This document shows, piece by piece, positions 1 to 9,631 of a DNA stretch of 32,000 bases. The position numbers and the translations under genes are program-made. The notes under the pieces were generated by a model. The model ran no database searches and was not told the origin of the DNA. It saw nothing but the letters and a program-made list of their open reading frames with translations. Numbering within the stretch: position 1 is the stretch's first letter; every line of letters starts with the position of its first letter. The DNA is from Acaryochloris marina S15 (GTDB lineage: Bacteria; Cyanobacteriota; Cyanobacteriia; Thermosynechococcales; Thermosynechococcaceae), in assembly GCF_018336915.1 (NCBI RefSeq), contig NZ_CP064923.1:2370001-2402000 (forward strand), given 5' to 3'.

Positions 1-2277
1 CACTTTAGCTTGCAGATTACGGACTGCCTGGGATTGTCTGGCCTCAGAGTTTTTGATATTTTGAGCCTCATCTAAGACAATTCCCTGCCAGGTGAGGGCT
101 GATAAGGTTTTTTCATCCCGAAAGACTAGCGGATAACTAGTAATGACTAAATCTAAGGGTTTGATTTTTTTGAGGAAGGTTTTGCCTTGGGGGCGCCCCG
201 AACCGTGGTGCACTACTACCTTTAACTTGGGGCCAAACCGATGCACTTCTCGCTCCCAATTCCCCAACACAGAGGTGGGACAAACGAGTAACATCGGACC
301 TGTTAGTCGACCTTCATTTTTTAGGTGTAAGAGATAGGCAATAAACTGTACGGTTTTCCCCAGGCCCATATCATCTGCTAAACAAGCGCCAAGTCCCCAT
401 TGCTCTAGAAAAGTCAGCCAGCCCACCCCTCTGGCTTGATAGGGGCGTAAACTTCCCTCAAAACCAGGGGGTTCAGAAATGGCTGTTAAGGTTTGGTTGC
501 CACTGAGGGTCGTCAGTAATGCTTCTAAGGACCCCGATGCCTCAAAACTGACCACCGGGAGTTTATCGATGGTTAAGGTATCCCCGGTACTGATGCGGAG
601 GGCATCTTCCAAGGACAAGCCAGTTTTGTTTTGGCGAGAGGCGAAGAAATTTTGAGCTGCTTTGATATCCTGAGGTCTAAATTCAACCCATTCGCCATTA
701 ATTTCTACTAAGGGAGATTCCTGGGCAACCAACTGATCAAATTCGACTTTAGACAAAGTTTGCCCCCCAATGGCGAGCTCCCACTGAAAATTCAATAAAC
801 TGTCTAAGCCAATAGAACTGTCATTGCGAGATTGTGCAGCGGCTTTAATTTGCAATCCCAGCCGGTTTGCCATGGCATTTTGGTCTGACAAACTGGGAGG
901 CAACATGACTCCAAACCCACTATCTTCTAGCCGCCATGCTGCTGCTTTGATAAAGTCATAGGCTTGGGTCGGAGATAAGCCTAATTTTGTCGGTCGTGCC
1001 CCTTGTAAGCTTTCTTCTAGCAAGGGGTAAACCCGGGAGGCCAATCCCAGTCCTTGCAACAACGTTTCTTGGGGACGCTCAATCTTTCGGCCTAAATAAT
1101 CCATTTGTTCTGAAGTCGTATTCCAAACCACCTCTGCGGTGACTAGAAATGTTGGATCATCCGTCGCTTGTAAAAAGTACTCTACTTTCCAGTGTGTATG
1201 ACCTGTTGGGGGTTGTAAATAGAAACAGGCGCGATACTGCTGTTCTTGAAGACTTTGTTCAATGGGGCGTAACCATTGATTTAGGGTCTCAACCCAGGTG
1301 CCACAGTTTTCTTTTGTCTCTTTGAGAACGGAGCTAGATGAACTCAAGGCCGGTAGCCATTGCCCAAACGTTGAGTCAACCCCTGCCTTTTGCATTGAGG
1401 TGATGAACTCATCATCAATTCCTTGGCGGACCTGATGGTCAATAATATGGGTTAAAAAATCCGTCAGCAGATATCCCGCTTTGGTCGGCAATGCCACTGC
1501 TGGTGCTTGAGTAACAGTGGCTTGATAAAACAGACAAGCTTGAGGCATCCCTTTAACGAACTGTTGAAACCGCTGTCGATCCGTCGCGCTATCCAGTAAG
1601 GGTTGCCAGTAGAAGTGGCAGGATTGGTCTGTTTGGGCCTGAATCGAGGGAATAAATTTCGAACGGGTGAGTAAATCTAGCCCCCAACGGACTGAATGGC
1701 ACCAAAAAAGGAGCTCTTCCCCTAGAAAAGCCTCCTCATCCGTGCTGGTGTGTAGGGGAAGTCCGGCTAAGAAATCTAATGCTTGCTCAGGAGGGAGTTC
1801 TAAACCTTGTACTTCGAAAGGGTGCAGTTCATAGGACTCATCTTCATCTAATACAGTAGATGAGTGAAACGGGATCAGTCTTTCTTCCTCGGTATAGGCG
1901 GGCAAAGTAACCGTTTGAGCATTCCAAGAGGCTGTGCTGGGAGACGCTGTAGGGGAACGAGTTTTTGCAGATCGGGCTTTTTTACGCTTTGGGGGTGAAT
2001 GGACGACCGATTGTAGGGAGGGACTGAGGAACAGCTGTCGAGACTCATATAACGTGAGCAGGAGCTGACTCAATTCCTTTGGGTCCATTCCCAAAGGATG
2101 GGGCAACGTCTCTTCAGAAATTGGGCTTTGTTTTGCGGTTGCACTGCGCCAAGTTTCAGCCCAAATAAATAATGTTCCATTTAAAGGTTGCTGATCACTG
2201 GGTTTAGACGGAGCGTTTGACTGATGCCCATCTTTAAGGTCTGAGGTTGGCCGCCAACTACCATGCAAGATCGCCAT
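1..2277 (-). CDS. SNF2/RapA-family helicase, N-terminal 759 codons (3' end runs off the left window edge)
   Basis: Absent from the supplied ORF track because no stop lies inside the window. Manual reverse-strand translation from ATG at 2277..2275 stays open to base 1, and the frame ends exactly on base 1. Contains helicase motif I 'LADDMGLGKT' (rc of ~352-381) and motif II 'DEAQNIKN' (rc of 49-72), after a long N-terminal region typical of bacterial SNF2-associated helicases. The listed 143..337(+) ORF is antisense noise. Confidence 0.85.
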   Translation of the reverse strand, partial: MAILHGSWRPTSDLKDGHQSNAPSKPSDQQPLNGTLFIWAETWRSATAKQSPISEETLPHPLGMDPKELSQLLLTLYESRQLFLSPSLQSVVHSPPKRKKARSAKTRSPTASPSTASWNAQTVTLPAYTEEERLIPFHSSTVLDEDESYELHPFEVQGLELPPEQALDFLAGLPLHTSTDEEAFLGEELLFWCHSVRWGLDLLTRSKFIPSIQAQTDQSCHFYWQPLLDSATDRQRFQQFVKGMPQACLFYQATVTQAPAVALPTKAGYLLTDFLTHIIDHQVRQGIDDEFITSMQKAGVDSTFGQWLPALSSSSSVLKETKENCGTWVETLNQWLRPIEQSLQEQQYRACFYLQPPTGHTHWKVEYFLQATDDPTFLVTAEVVWNTTSEQMDYLGRKIERPQETLLQGLGLASRVYPLLEESLQGARPTKLGLSPTQAYDFIKAAAWRLEDSGFGVMLPPSLSDQNAMANRLGLQIKAAAQSRNDSSIGLDSLLNFQWELAIGGQTLSKVEFDQLVAQESPLVEINGEWVEFRPQDIKAAQNFFASRQNKTGLSLEDALRISTGDTLTIDKLPVVSFEASGSLEALLTTLSGNQTLTAISEPPGFEGSLRPYQARGVGWLTFLEQWGLGACLADDMGLGKTVQFIAYLLHLKNEGRLTGPMLLVCPTSVLGNWEREVHRFGPKLKVVVHHGSGRPQGKTFLKKIKPLDLVITSYPLVFRDEKTLSALTWQGIVLDEAQNIKNSEARQSQAVRNLQAKV

Positions 2278-2688
2278 AATTTAGTTGTAATTACTCCCTG
2301 GGAGACGTATGGTCCATTCACTGGTAAAAACAGGACAGATATCACCTTTAAACTCGTTAATGTGATGACAATATTGGCACAACCTTTGCCTCATGATGAT
2401 GTTGTGAAGAGATGGCTGTGATTTGTCTTTTGAGCCATCATCAATCTGAAAATATTGTTATGAGCATAAACGGTCTACCCAAACTCAAGAGTCATGAGTC
2501 TAGGCGGTGATCTTCTATACCCATGCTACAGGGTGAACTTGTCATATGGATATCCCTTTTAAAGGTCAGATGAGAATCAATAAGCAACATGTCTGAATGC
2601 TGTTCTGTAAAGCAAGCGGTTCTCTATCAATGTTAGGATTGCCACAGAAAAAAAAAGGACAAAACAATAAGTAAGGACAAGTCACTTA

Positions 2689-4839
2689 ATGTCAGAAGTT
2701 ATTAAGTCAATATCTGTTGACGGGCGGGAAATAAAACTCACCATCGGCCGTTTCGCTCCGCAGGCCGGTGGGTGTGTATTGATTGAATCTGGTGAAACTT
2801 CAGTGCTAGTCACTGCGACACGATCGTCGGGACGCGAAGGGATTGATTTCCTTCCTTTGCTCGTGGATTACGAGGAGAGGCTGTATGCTGCCGGTCGTGT
2901 ACCGGGGGGCTTTCTACGCCGAGAAGGTCGGCCACCTGAGAAAGCAACTTTAACCTGTCGTCTGATCGACCGCCCCATGCGACCCCTCTTCCCGAATTGG
3001 TTGCGGGATGATCTGCAAATTGTGGCAACCACCATTTCGATGGATGAGCAGGTTCCGCCTGACGTCTTGGCCGTTACGGGTGCCTCCGTCGCCACCCTTT
3101 TGGCCAAGATACCTTTTAAAGGGCCCATGGCTGCAGTTCGAGTCGGCTTAGTGGGAGATGACTTTATTATTAACCCCACCTATGAAGAGATCTCGGAAGG
3201 AGAACTTGACCTAGTTGTGGCTGGTTCGCCTGATGGGGTGATCATGGTTGAAGCTGGGGCGAATGAAGTTGCCGAGCAAGACATGGTCGAGGCCATTGAT
3301 TTTGGCTATGAGGTGGTTTGTGATCTCATCAAGGCTCAAAAAGAATTGATGGCTGAATTGGGGATTGAGCAGGTTGAAGAGGCTGCTCCAGAAACGGATC
3401 CAACCCTAGAGAATTTTGTGCAAGAGCGGGTGACTACCCCTATTAAAGAAGTTCTAGCCCGATTTGAGAAGGACAAAAATGTTCGGGATACTGCTTTAGA
3501 TGAGATTAAGGATTCTGTGAAGGCGGCCATTGATGAGCTTCCAGAAACCGACCCTGTGCAAGTGGCAGCGATAGCAAGTCCCAAGGCCATCGGTAAGGTA
3601 TTTAAGAGTATTACCAAAACCTTGATGCGCAGCCAAGTGGTTGAAGATAAGGTCCGGGTGGATGGCCGCAAGCTAGATGAAGTGCGTCCTATTTCTTGTA
3701 ATGTAGGGGTTTTACCCCAACGGGTGCACGGTAGTGGTTTATTTAACCGAGGCTTAACTCAGGTTTTATCTATTGCGACCTTGGGGACACCGGGTGATGC
3801 CCAAGAGATGGATGATCTCCATCCCGATAGCCAAAAACGCTATCTTCACCACTATAATTTCCCTCCCTATTCTGTAGGTGAAACTCGTCCAATGCGTTCA
3901 CCCGGGCGACGAGAAGTGGGGCATGGTGCCCTGGCTGAAAGAGCCATACTACCAATGCTGCCTAGTAAAGAAGAGTTTCCCTATGTGCTTCGGGTCGTAT
4001 CCGAAGTCTTATCGTCGAACGGATCCACATCAATGGGGTCGGTTTGTGGGTCGACTTTGTCCTTGATGGATGCAGGTGTGCCCCTGGCTAAGCCGGTGAG
4101 TGGAGCTGCGATGGGTTTGATCAAAGAAGGCGATGAAATCCGGGTTCTCACAGATATTCAAGGCATTGAAGATTTCTTGGGTGACATGGACTTTAAGGTG
4201 GCGGGTACTGCCGATGGCATTACCGCTCTACAAATGGACATGAAGATCACGGGATTACCCATGAAGGTGATCTCTGAGGCGATTCATCAAGCGAAACCCG
4301 CTCGGCTGCATATTTTGGATAAGATGCTGGCGACGATTGATAGTCCTCGCGAAAATATGTCCCCTTATGCACCTCGCCTATTGACGATCAAGATCGATCC
4401 TGAGCAGATTGGCATGATTATTGGTCCGGGTGGTAAGACCATTAAAGGGATTACCGAGGAAACGGGAGCCAAGATCGACATCGAGGATGATGGTCGCGTG
4501 ACGATTTCTGCCATAGATGAGAAGGCTGCTTCTCGTGCTCGTCAGATTATCGCGGGTATGACTCGCAAGTTGGCAGCTGGCGATGTCTTCTTGGGTAAAG
4601 TGACTCGGATCATCCCGATTGGAGCTTTTGTGGAAATTGCCCCTAGTAAGGAAGGCATGATTCATATCTCCCAGTTGGCGGACTATCGAGTCGGTAAGGT
4701 GGAAGATGAAGTCACCGTTGGCGATGAAGTGGTAGTTAAAATCCGTGAGCTAGACAATCGAGGTCGGATTAATCTGACTCGATTGGGGATTCATCCGGAG
4801 GAAGCGGCGGCGGCTCGTGCAGGCGGTACTGAGTCTTAG
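2689..4839 (+). CDS. pnp: polynucleotide phosphorylase (polyribonucleotide nucleotidyltransferase)
   Basis: 716-aa ORF with two RNase PH-like halves, a KH region ('[20 protein letters not shown]') and a C-terminal S1 domain ('[20 protein letters not shown]...GMIHISQL'). Length and domain order are canonical for PNPase. Confidence 0.97.
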   Translation: MSEVIKSISVDGREIKLTIGRFAPQAGGCVLIESGETSVLVTATRSSGREGIDFLPLLVDYEERLYAAGRVPGGFLRREGRPPEKATLTCRLIDRPMRPLFPNWLRDDLQIVATTISMDEQVPPDVLAVTGASVATLLAKIPFKGPMAAVRVGLVGDDFIINPTYEEISEGELDLVVAGSPDGVIMVEAGANEVAEQDMVEAIDFGYEVVCDLIKAQKELMAELGIEQVEEAAPETDPTLENFVQERVTTPIKEVLARFEKDKNVRDTALDEIKDSVKAAIDELPETDPVQVAAIASPKAIGKVFKSITKTLMRSQVVEDKVRVDGRKLDEVRPISCNVGVLPQRVHGSGLFNRGLTQVLSIATLGTPGDAQEMDDLHPDSQKRYLHHYNFPPYSVGETRPMRSPGRREVGHGALAERAILPMLPSKEEFPYVLRVVSEVLSSNGSTSMGSVCGSTLSLMDAGVPLAKPVSGAAMGLIKEGDEIRVLTDIQGIEDFLGDMDFKVAGTADGITALQMDMKITGLPMKVISEAIHQAKPARLHILDKMLATIDSPRENMSPYAPRLLTIKIDPEQIGMIIGPGGKTIKGITEETGAKIDIEDDGRVTISAIDEKAASRARQIIAGMTRKLAAGDVFLGKVTRIIPIGAFVEIAPSKEGMIHISQLADYRVGKVEDEVTVGDEVVVKIRELDNRGRINLTRLGIHPEEAAAARAGGTES

Positions 4840-5800
4840 ATAGCTTAGCTCCTTGAGCATTGGCTTTGAGAGATGCTGTGGCGTTGCGCTGCAGCATCTC
4901 TAGTTTTATGCGGCGGAGGGCGGAGGCTCTGAATCTGCGATCGCGTTCTGATACCGACAGGGTTGCTAGCTCTGTTAGCGTCGGGGCAACATTTTCAGGA
5001 TAGGGCTGGAAGTCCGGAATATCGGTTTCTTGGGCAAATCTTTGGTTCCAGGGACAAACGTCTTGGCAAATATCGCAACCTGCGACCCAGCCTTGCAAAT
5101 TCTCTGCTATTTGATCGGGCAATGTAGTCTCTCGATTTTCAATCGTATGATAGGCGATACAGCGATTCGCATCAACGACAAAAGGTTCACGAATTGCGTC
5201 CGTGGGGCAGGCTGTCATACAGCGGGTACAGGAACCACAATGTTGAGTGTGGGGACGATCGGGTTCCAAGTCTAAATTAGTCAGAATTTCTCCTAAAAAA
5301 AGCCAAGATCCATAATCCCGCGAGATGAGGTTGCTGTGTTTGCCAATCCAGCCAAGGCCAGCTCGCTCGGCCCAGACTTTGTCTTGGACAGGACCCGTAT
5401 CGACATAGTAGCGGACTTGAGCCTGCGGGTCTTGTTCCTGCATCCACAGGGCTAAAGCTTTTATCCGGCGACCCACCACGCGGTGGTAGTCTCGGCCCCA
5501 GCCATAGCGCGAGATCTTGGCATACTCTGGTTCTGAGGGGCGTTGCTGTGGTGTGTAATAGTTGATGCCCACACAGATGATGGAGCGAACATCGGGCATG
5601 ACTTGGTAGATGTCTTGTCGACGTGGATCATTCATCCAAGCCATATCGGCATCATATCCCTGGTTGAGCCATGCTTGTAAAGGGTGGGCTGAGATTTGCT
5701 CCTTATTCTGCCATTGAGAAATGCTGACAATGCCAAATTTGTGACAGCCAAGTTCGCTGGCTTTTTCCTTAAGGGTTTGACTGTTGAATTCCTGAACCAT
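4769..5800 (-). CDS. queG: epoxyqueuosine reductase (tRNA queuosine biosynthesis)
   Basis: 343-aa ORF with two 4Fe-4S ferredoxin motifs ('[15 protein letters not shown]', '[11 protein letters not shown]') and the QueG N-terminal region. Its last ~24 codons overlap the pnp 3' end on the opposite strand. Confidence 0.9.
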   Translation of the reverse strand: MVQEFNSQTLKEKASELGCHKFGIVSISQWQNKEQISAHPLQAWLNQGYDADMAWMNDPRRQDIYQVMPDVRSIICVGINYYTPQQRPSEPEYAKISRYGWGRDYHRVVGRRIKALALWMQEQDPQAQVRYYVDTGPVQDKVWAERAGLGWIGKHSNLISRDYGSWLFLGEILTNLDLEPDRPHTQHCGSCTRCMTACPTDAIREPFVVDANRCIAYHTIENRETTLPDQIAENLQGWVAGCDICQDVCPWNQRFAQETDIPDFQPYPENVAPTLTELATLSVSERDRRFRASALRRIKLEMLQRNATASLKANAQGAKLSKTQYRLHEPPPLPPDESPIESD

Positions 5801-6310
5801 TGGTAGTCATGTCGTAAATATTTAAATCAATCGTTAGTCAAGAGGATATTAAGTATCTTTCACCTAAATGGGGCTAAGAAGTTGAAAATATATTGTTAGA
5901 CACAATAGTCTTTAAGTAATAGTCCATGGATAGGGGCATTTGATTTTGAGATAGAAGATTTACAATAATCTCCTCTCCTCTTTTTTTGAGAAATTTACCT
6001 TTTATTGAGCTAATTCTGCAGCCAGGCAAAAATATCGTTATATTGCAACAGTAGCCTTCTATCTTCAATTGATTAATATTGAGTATAAAGGTGACTAAGA
6101 CATTTTCTCATCTTGATATCTTCAAAATAGGGAGCTTGGACCTATGCAAGTAATCCCGTCTTTTGGTCATGCCAAAGCTAGCAGCCTCAATTTGGTGTCA
6201 ATTGATTTAATACTTCGATGAAGAGTGATGATCCCTAGATATTACTCATCGGTACTGTTCGAGAGCTGCTAAAGATTGCGACCACATGTGGCCATTTAAC
6301 TCTTAACTTG

Positions 6311-6898
6311 ATGATGGCAAATCCTAAACATGTTGCAGAGTTAAAGAAAGGGGTTCAATCCTGGAACCAATGGAGACAAAGATTTCCTGATGTGATTCCA
6401 AATTTGACGACCTCTAACTGGGTTGAAGCTGACCTGAGCAATGCAAATCTTCAATTGGCTAATATGAGTGGGGCTAATCTGCTAGGAACGATTCTGACTG
6501 GGGCAGCGTTACGATGTGCCAATTTGGCTAATACTGATTTGTTAGGGGGGCTACTAAATGGAGCCGATATGAGCCGAGCCCACTTGTGTTGGACTAGGTT
6601 ATTTGGCGCTAATCTAGACAGTGCGACTTTGGCAGGGGCTGATTTATATGGGGTTGATCTGGGGAGAGCAATTCTCTCTGAATCTAATTTAATGGGAGCA
6701 AGCTTGATGGAAACAGATTTATGCGAGGCCAATCTCCATAGAGCACAGCTACTAGGAACGAATTTATATAATGCTAATTTGAATCGTGCTGTCCTCCGGA
6801 AGGTTGAAGGTCTAACCGTCTCGCAAATCAAAACTGCTCACAACTGGGATGGAGCCTTTTTTAGTGAAGAGTTCAAAATGAAATTAGGTTGGATGTAA
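6311..6898 (+). CDS. pentapeptide-repeat protein
   Basis: Continuous A(D/N)LxX-type pentapeptide repeats ('ANLQLANMSGANLLGTILTGAALRCANLANTDLLGGLLNGADMSRAHL...NLYNANLNRAVL'). The ORF track starts at TTG 6308; the adjacent ATG at 6311 is a more likely start. Confidence 0.9.
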   Translation: MMANPKHVAELKKGVQSWNQWRQRFPDVIPNLTTSNWVEADLSNANLQLANMSGANLLGTILTGAALRCANLANTDLLGGLLNGADMSRAHLCWTRLFGANLDSATLAGADLYGVDLGRAILSESNLMGASLMETDLCEANLHRAQLLGTNLYNANLNRAVLRKVEGLTVSQIKTAHNWDGAFFSEEFKMKLGWM

Positions 6899-6944
6899 AA
6901 AGTCGTCTTTTGAACGTCATACAACCGTCTTTGTCAAAGGAATG

Positions 6945-7292
6945 TCACTCGTTCCAGAGGGTCACTTGTTCCGGATGTTGGTGAGCAGAAAAGTCTTCCG
7001 AGAACTCTAGTTCATTGTAGGGTTGCCCCAACTCATAGAGTGAATGTTTCGTTTTGATATAGACGTGGCCTGCACCTGCAAAATACCCCTGAATCGTTGA
7101 GGTCATGATCTTAGCCCCCACAGAATGCTGGGGATGACCATAAAGCCGACCTTTGAGAATAGGTCTTCCTGATTTTTCTAAGCCTATCCATGACTCAATG
7201 ATAGGAATTCTTTGAGAGGCTTCTTGAGGCGTTTGCCTAGATTGAGAGATATTCCTTTGATAAAAAACTTTGATATCTTCAACCGTGACCAT
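6945..7292 (-). CDS. hypothetical protein (115 aa)
   Basis: Clean ORF with non-repetitive, globular-looking composition and no competing ORF. I recognise no family. Confidence 0.55.
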   Translation of the reverse strand: MVTVEDIKVFYQRNISQSRQTPQEASQRIPIIESWIGLEKSGRPILKGRLYGHPQHSVGAKIMTSTIQGYFAGAGHVYIKTKHSLYELGQPYNELEFSEDFSAHQHPEQVTLWNE

Positions 7293-7571
7293 GGAGATAT
7301 TGAACTCTTAAAAGGACACCAATGTTGAGGGAGATGAAACCTCTAAATTTTCTACCTCTATATATAAATTAAGTGAAATTTAGAGATATCAAATCAGTAA
7401 TATCCCTGAAAGCTAATATCTAAGCAGGATCTACTCGTGTGGAATGCAGTGTATTTAAGGGTGATAGACCACACCTCATCAGTGACTGATTTATCGGCTA
7501 ATTTATTGTGGTGAAAATAAGAAAATTACTGACATTTAACGATAATAAAAATCTGTTAGAGCAAGCAATGA

Positions 7572-7931
7572 CTATACGTCACAAAGTAAATCTCGAATTG
7601 CTTCATTGAGTGGATCGGCTATCAGAGGTTGCCAATCATCTGCCGTTGCTTGGCCGTTAACCTCTACATCCTTGAATTGGTTTAAATTGCAATCGTACGC
7701 AGTTACGTAATCTATACGCTGTGGCGTTTTGCCTTCATTGATGTAGTAGCTGATGACGGTGACTTCGGAACCTGTTCGTTGGAGCGAATCGCGATCATAA
7801 TATTGGCGAATTTGGCCTTGATCTGTTTCTGCAGCGAGTTTCCAGGTTGTGGCTGTGGCGGGTTGTGCTGCTAGTAGTAGCCATGCGATCGCAAGTCCGA
7901 TCACCAACACCCCCATTCCAATTTTTCTCAT
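7572..7931 (-). CDS. secreted hypothetical protein with N-terminal signal peptide (possibly adhesin-E-like fold)
   Basis: Signal peptide 'MRKIGMGVLVIGLAIAWLLLAAQPATA'. The mature part ('W..A....G....YYDRDSL.R.G..V........DC') resembles small surface-adhesin-E-type proteins; that assignment is from memory only. Confidence 0.6.
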   Translation of the reverse strand: MRKIGMGVLVIGLAIAWLLLAAQPATATTWKLAAETDQGQIRQYYDRDSLQRTGSEVTVISYYINEGKTPQRIDYVTAYDCNLNQFKDVEVNGQATADDWQPLIADPLNEAIRDLLCDV

Positions 7932-7950
7932 CGCCCCACCTTTGAATTCT

Positions 7951-7982
7951 AGTCTGCTGCTACTTTACGTTAGCAGCAGACT
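7951..7982. repeat. perfect 12-bp inverted repeat with 8-nt spacer (AGTCTGCTGCTA-ctttacgt-TAGCAGCAGACT)
   Basis: Read directly from the sequence. Lies in the 141-bp divergent region between ATG 7931(-) and ATG 8073(+). Confidence 0.9.
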
Positions 7983-8072
7983 GAGATGGCCTGCGATGAC
8001 AAACCATAAGCACAATGTCAAAGTGATATCACTTTGCTATCTTAGTGATATGAATTTAAAGGAAGTGAATGT

Positions 8073-8141
8073 ATGAACTCCACGCAAGAATCATCCGCTT
8101 GGAAAATTAATGGGTTTGGGGTGTTGCCAATCCTCTTATTG
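8073..8141 (+). pseudogene. detached 5' end (23 codons) of the SPFH/band-7 gene, split off by IS insertion
   Basis: An AAGGAAG Shine-Dalgarno sequence (8059-8065) precedes ATG 8073. 'MNSTQESSAWKINGFGVLPILLL' ends exactly at the IS left boundary and joins in frame to codon 9635 after removal of the IS and one target-duplication copy. Confidence 0.8.
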
Positions 8142-8164
8142 GGGCGTAAGCAAAGGATCGGGGA
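8142..8164. repeat. IS left terminal inverted repeat
   Basis: Pairs with 9604-9626 (18/23 identical). Confidence 0.8.
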
Positions 8165-8227
8165 TGCATGGCTCAAAGAAAAACGGGTCAAGGACAATAG
8201 ATCCTGTACCCGAACCAAAAAACTATC

Positions 8228-9618
8228 ATGACCCTACCATCGCAATTGCTAACCGTGCTAGCCCATGACGAATTTCTAGAACAAACTGAAGCACTCAAAG
8301 TATCAACCAGCCTGAGTCAGATGGTTTATATCGTTCTGCAAATGGGCTTGTTTCTAGCTCGCTGTCTTCTGGAGGATGAACTCTCAAGGCGCGCGAAAGC
8401 AGTATTTGTATGGCCTGTATGTACTACCTGCGGAACCCGCTTACATTCGAAGGGATGGGAATCTCGTCAGATGCAGACACTGGTAGGCACTATCTCTTGA
8501 AAGCGACGGGTGGGCCGTTGTCCCAAAGGATGTCCAGGCAGTCTGTTGACTCCCCTGGATCAAGCCATTGGGATTGCCCCTATCAGCACAGCAGCGAAGA
8601 ACTGGTGCGTCTGGGCTGCTTGTTGAGTCTGTTCATGCCCTATGAACTGGCCAGTTGGATGCTGGGTCAGTGGAGTGGTCTATCCGTGAGTCCATCCAGT
8701 TTGTGGAACTGGGTGCAATCCGTGGGTAACAAAGCTCAGCAGGAATTAGAAGCTCAACTCAACGCTCAATCATCAGGGACTCAGGCCCCTTGTGAAGCGA
8801 TTTCAGAGATGTTATCTGCTCTACCTTTGGCCATTGCCGCCGATGGTGTGATGGTCCCCTTTCGCCCCACCCCGAACTCACCCAAGGGAAAAATCCAGTG
8901 GCGAGAAGTCAAAGTCGCCATCTTAGCTCGCCTGGGAACACGGGTTACCCGAGCTAAAAAGGAGGTCCCCCAATTACTGCGTCGAAGACTGGTGGCAGTA
9001 TTGGGCGATATCGACCAGTTCATCCCTTTACTTCAACTCGAAGCTCACAAACAAGACTTTGAATCTGCTCCAAAAGTCATCTGGCTCAGTGATGGGGGAC
9101 GAGGCTTCTGGCGAGTCTATCGCACCTTGTTCTCTCATTGTGCTGTGGCAGTCCTCGACTTTTTTCATTCAGCAGGCCATCTGGCACGAGCAACTAAAGC
9201 GATGTTTGGAGATGCCCGCTCTGCTCAAGCCCAAGCCTGGTTCCGGCACTGGCGACACCAATTGCGACACGGGCAACACCTACTTGTATTACGGTCCTTG
9301 ACGATATTGATTCACTCACAACTGTTAACGGGAAAGTCTTTTTCAACGTTGCTCCAGGTGCAGGCTTATTTCCAACGCCATCATAACCACATCCGTTATC
9401 GGCACTTTGAACAGCAACAGATTCCTCTCGGGTCAGGAATGGTTGAAAGTGCATGCAAGTGGTTGATTCAGCAGCGCTTTAAGGGAGTTGGCATGCGCTG
9501 GAGTGAGGATGGTTTCAACCATTTACTGATCTTGAGAATTGCCTGGGTCAATGAACGGTTTGACTCCTTATTCCCAGAGGTGACCATTCCGAAAACTAAG
9601 GCATCCCCGATCCGCTAA
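8228..9618 (+). pseudogene. ISKra4-like transposase with an in-frame TGA and a 1-nt frameshift
   Basis: Split into ORFs 8228..8500 and 8410..9618. Reading past TGA 8498-8500 in the first frame gives '..CTTCGTRLHSKGWESRQMQTLVGTIS*KRRVGRCPKGCPGSLLTPLDQAIGIAP'. This completes a CxxC...CxxxC zinc-ribbon. The frame must then shift by one nt in the C-run at 8577-8580 to continue 'YQHSSEELVRLGCLL...'. Confidence 0.8.
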
Positions 9619-9626
9619 ATACGCCC
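9604..9626. repeat. IS right terminal inverted repeat (contains the transposase stop codon)
   Basis: Reverse complement matches 8142-8164 at 18/23 positions. Confidence 0.8.
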
Positions 9627-9631
9627 TCTTA

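Larger units (their letters stand above)
8142..9626 (+). mobile_element. insertion sequence, ISKra4-like (about 1.49 kb), with inactivated transposase
   Basis: Imperfect terminal inverted repeats GGGCGTAAGCAAAGGATCGGGGA (8142-8164) and rc of 9604-9626 GGGCGTATTTAGCGGATCGGGGA (18/23 identical). Flanked by the direct repeat TCTTATTG (8134-8141 and 9627-9634; 9 bp if the extra C is counted). The single transposase gene fills the element. Family assignment is from recollection of cyanobacterial ISKra4 transposases. Confidence 0.85.

Noticed and set aside
143-337. 64-aa plus-strand ORF in the first kilobase
   Set aside because: It lies antisense within the continuous SNF2 helicase reading frame, and its translation has no protein-like features.
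2411-2439. 7-bp stem (GATGGCT / AGCCATC) in the pnp upstream region; considered as an autoregulatory leader hairpin as in enterobacterial pnp
   Set aside because: Short stem with a 15-nt loop, about 250 nt from the start codon. There is no basis to transfer the E. coli mechanism.
2810-4665. Several 60-110-aa ORFs antisense to, or out of frame within, pnp
   Set aside because: All are embedded in a confidently identified, highly conserved gene. They are typical shadow ORFs.
5874-6068. 64-aa minus-strand ORF in the queG/pentapeptide intergenic region
   Set aside because: AT-rich, low-complexity translation with no convincing ribosome-binding site and no recognisable family. More likely non-coding spacer.
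7849-8076. 75-aa plus-strand ORF
   Set aside because: It is antisense to the signal-peptide region of the 7572..7931 gene and spans the palindrome and promoter region. Its stop simply overlaps the real SPFH ATG.
8498-8590. Programmed recoding (stop read-through plus frameshift) in the transposase
   Set aside because: No slippery heptamer or downstream structure is evident, and two independent lesions are needed. Simple decay is more parsimonious.
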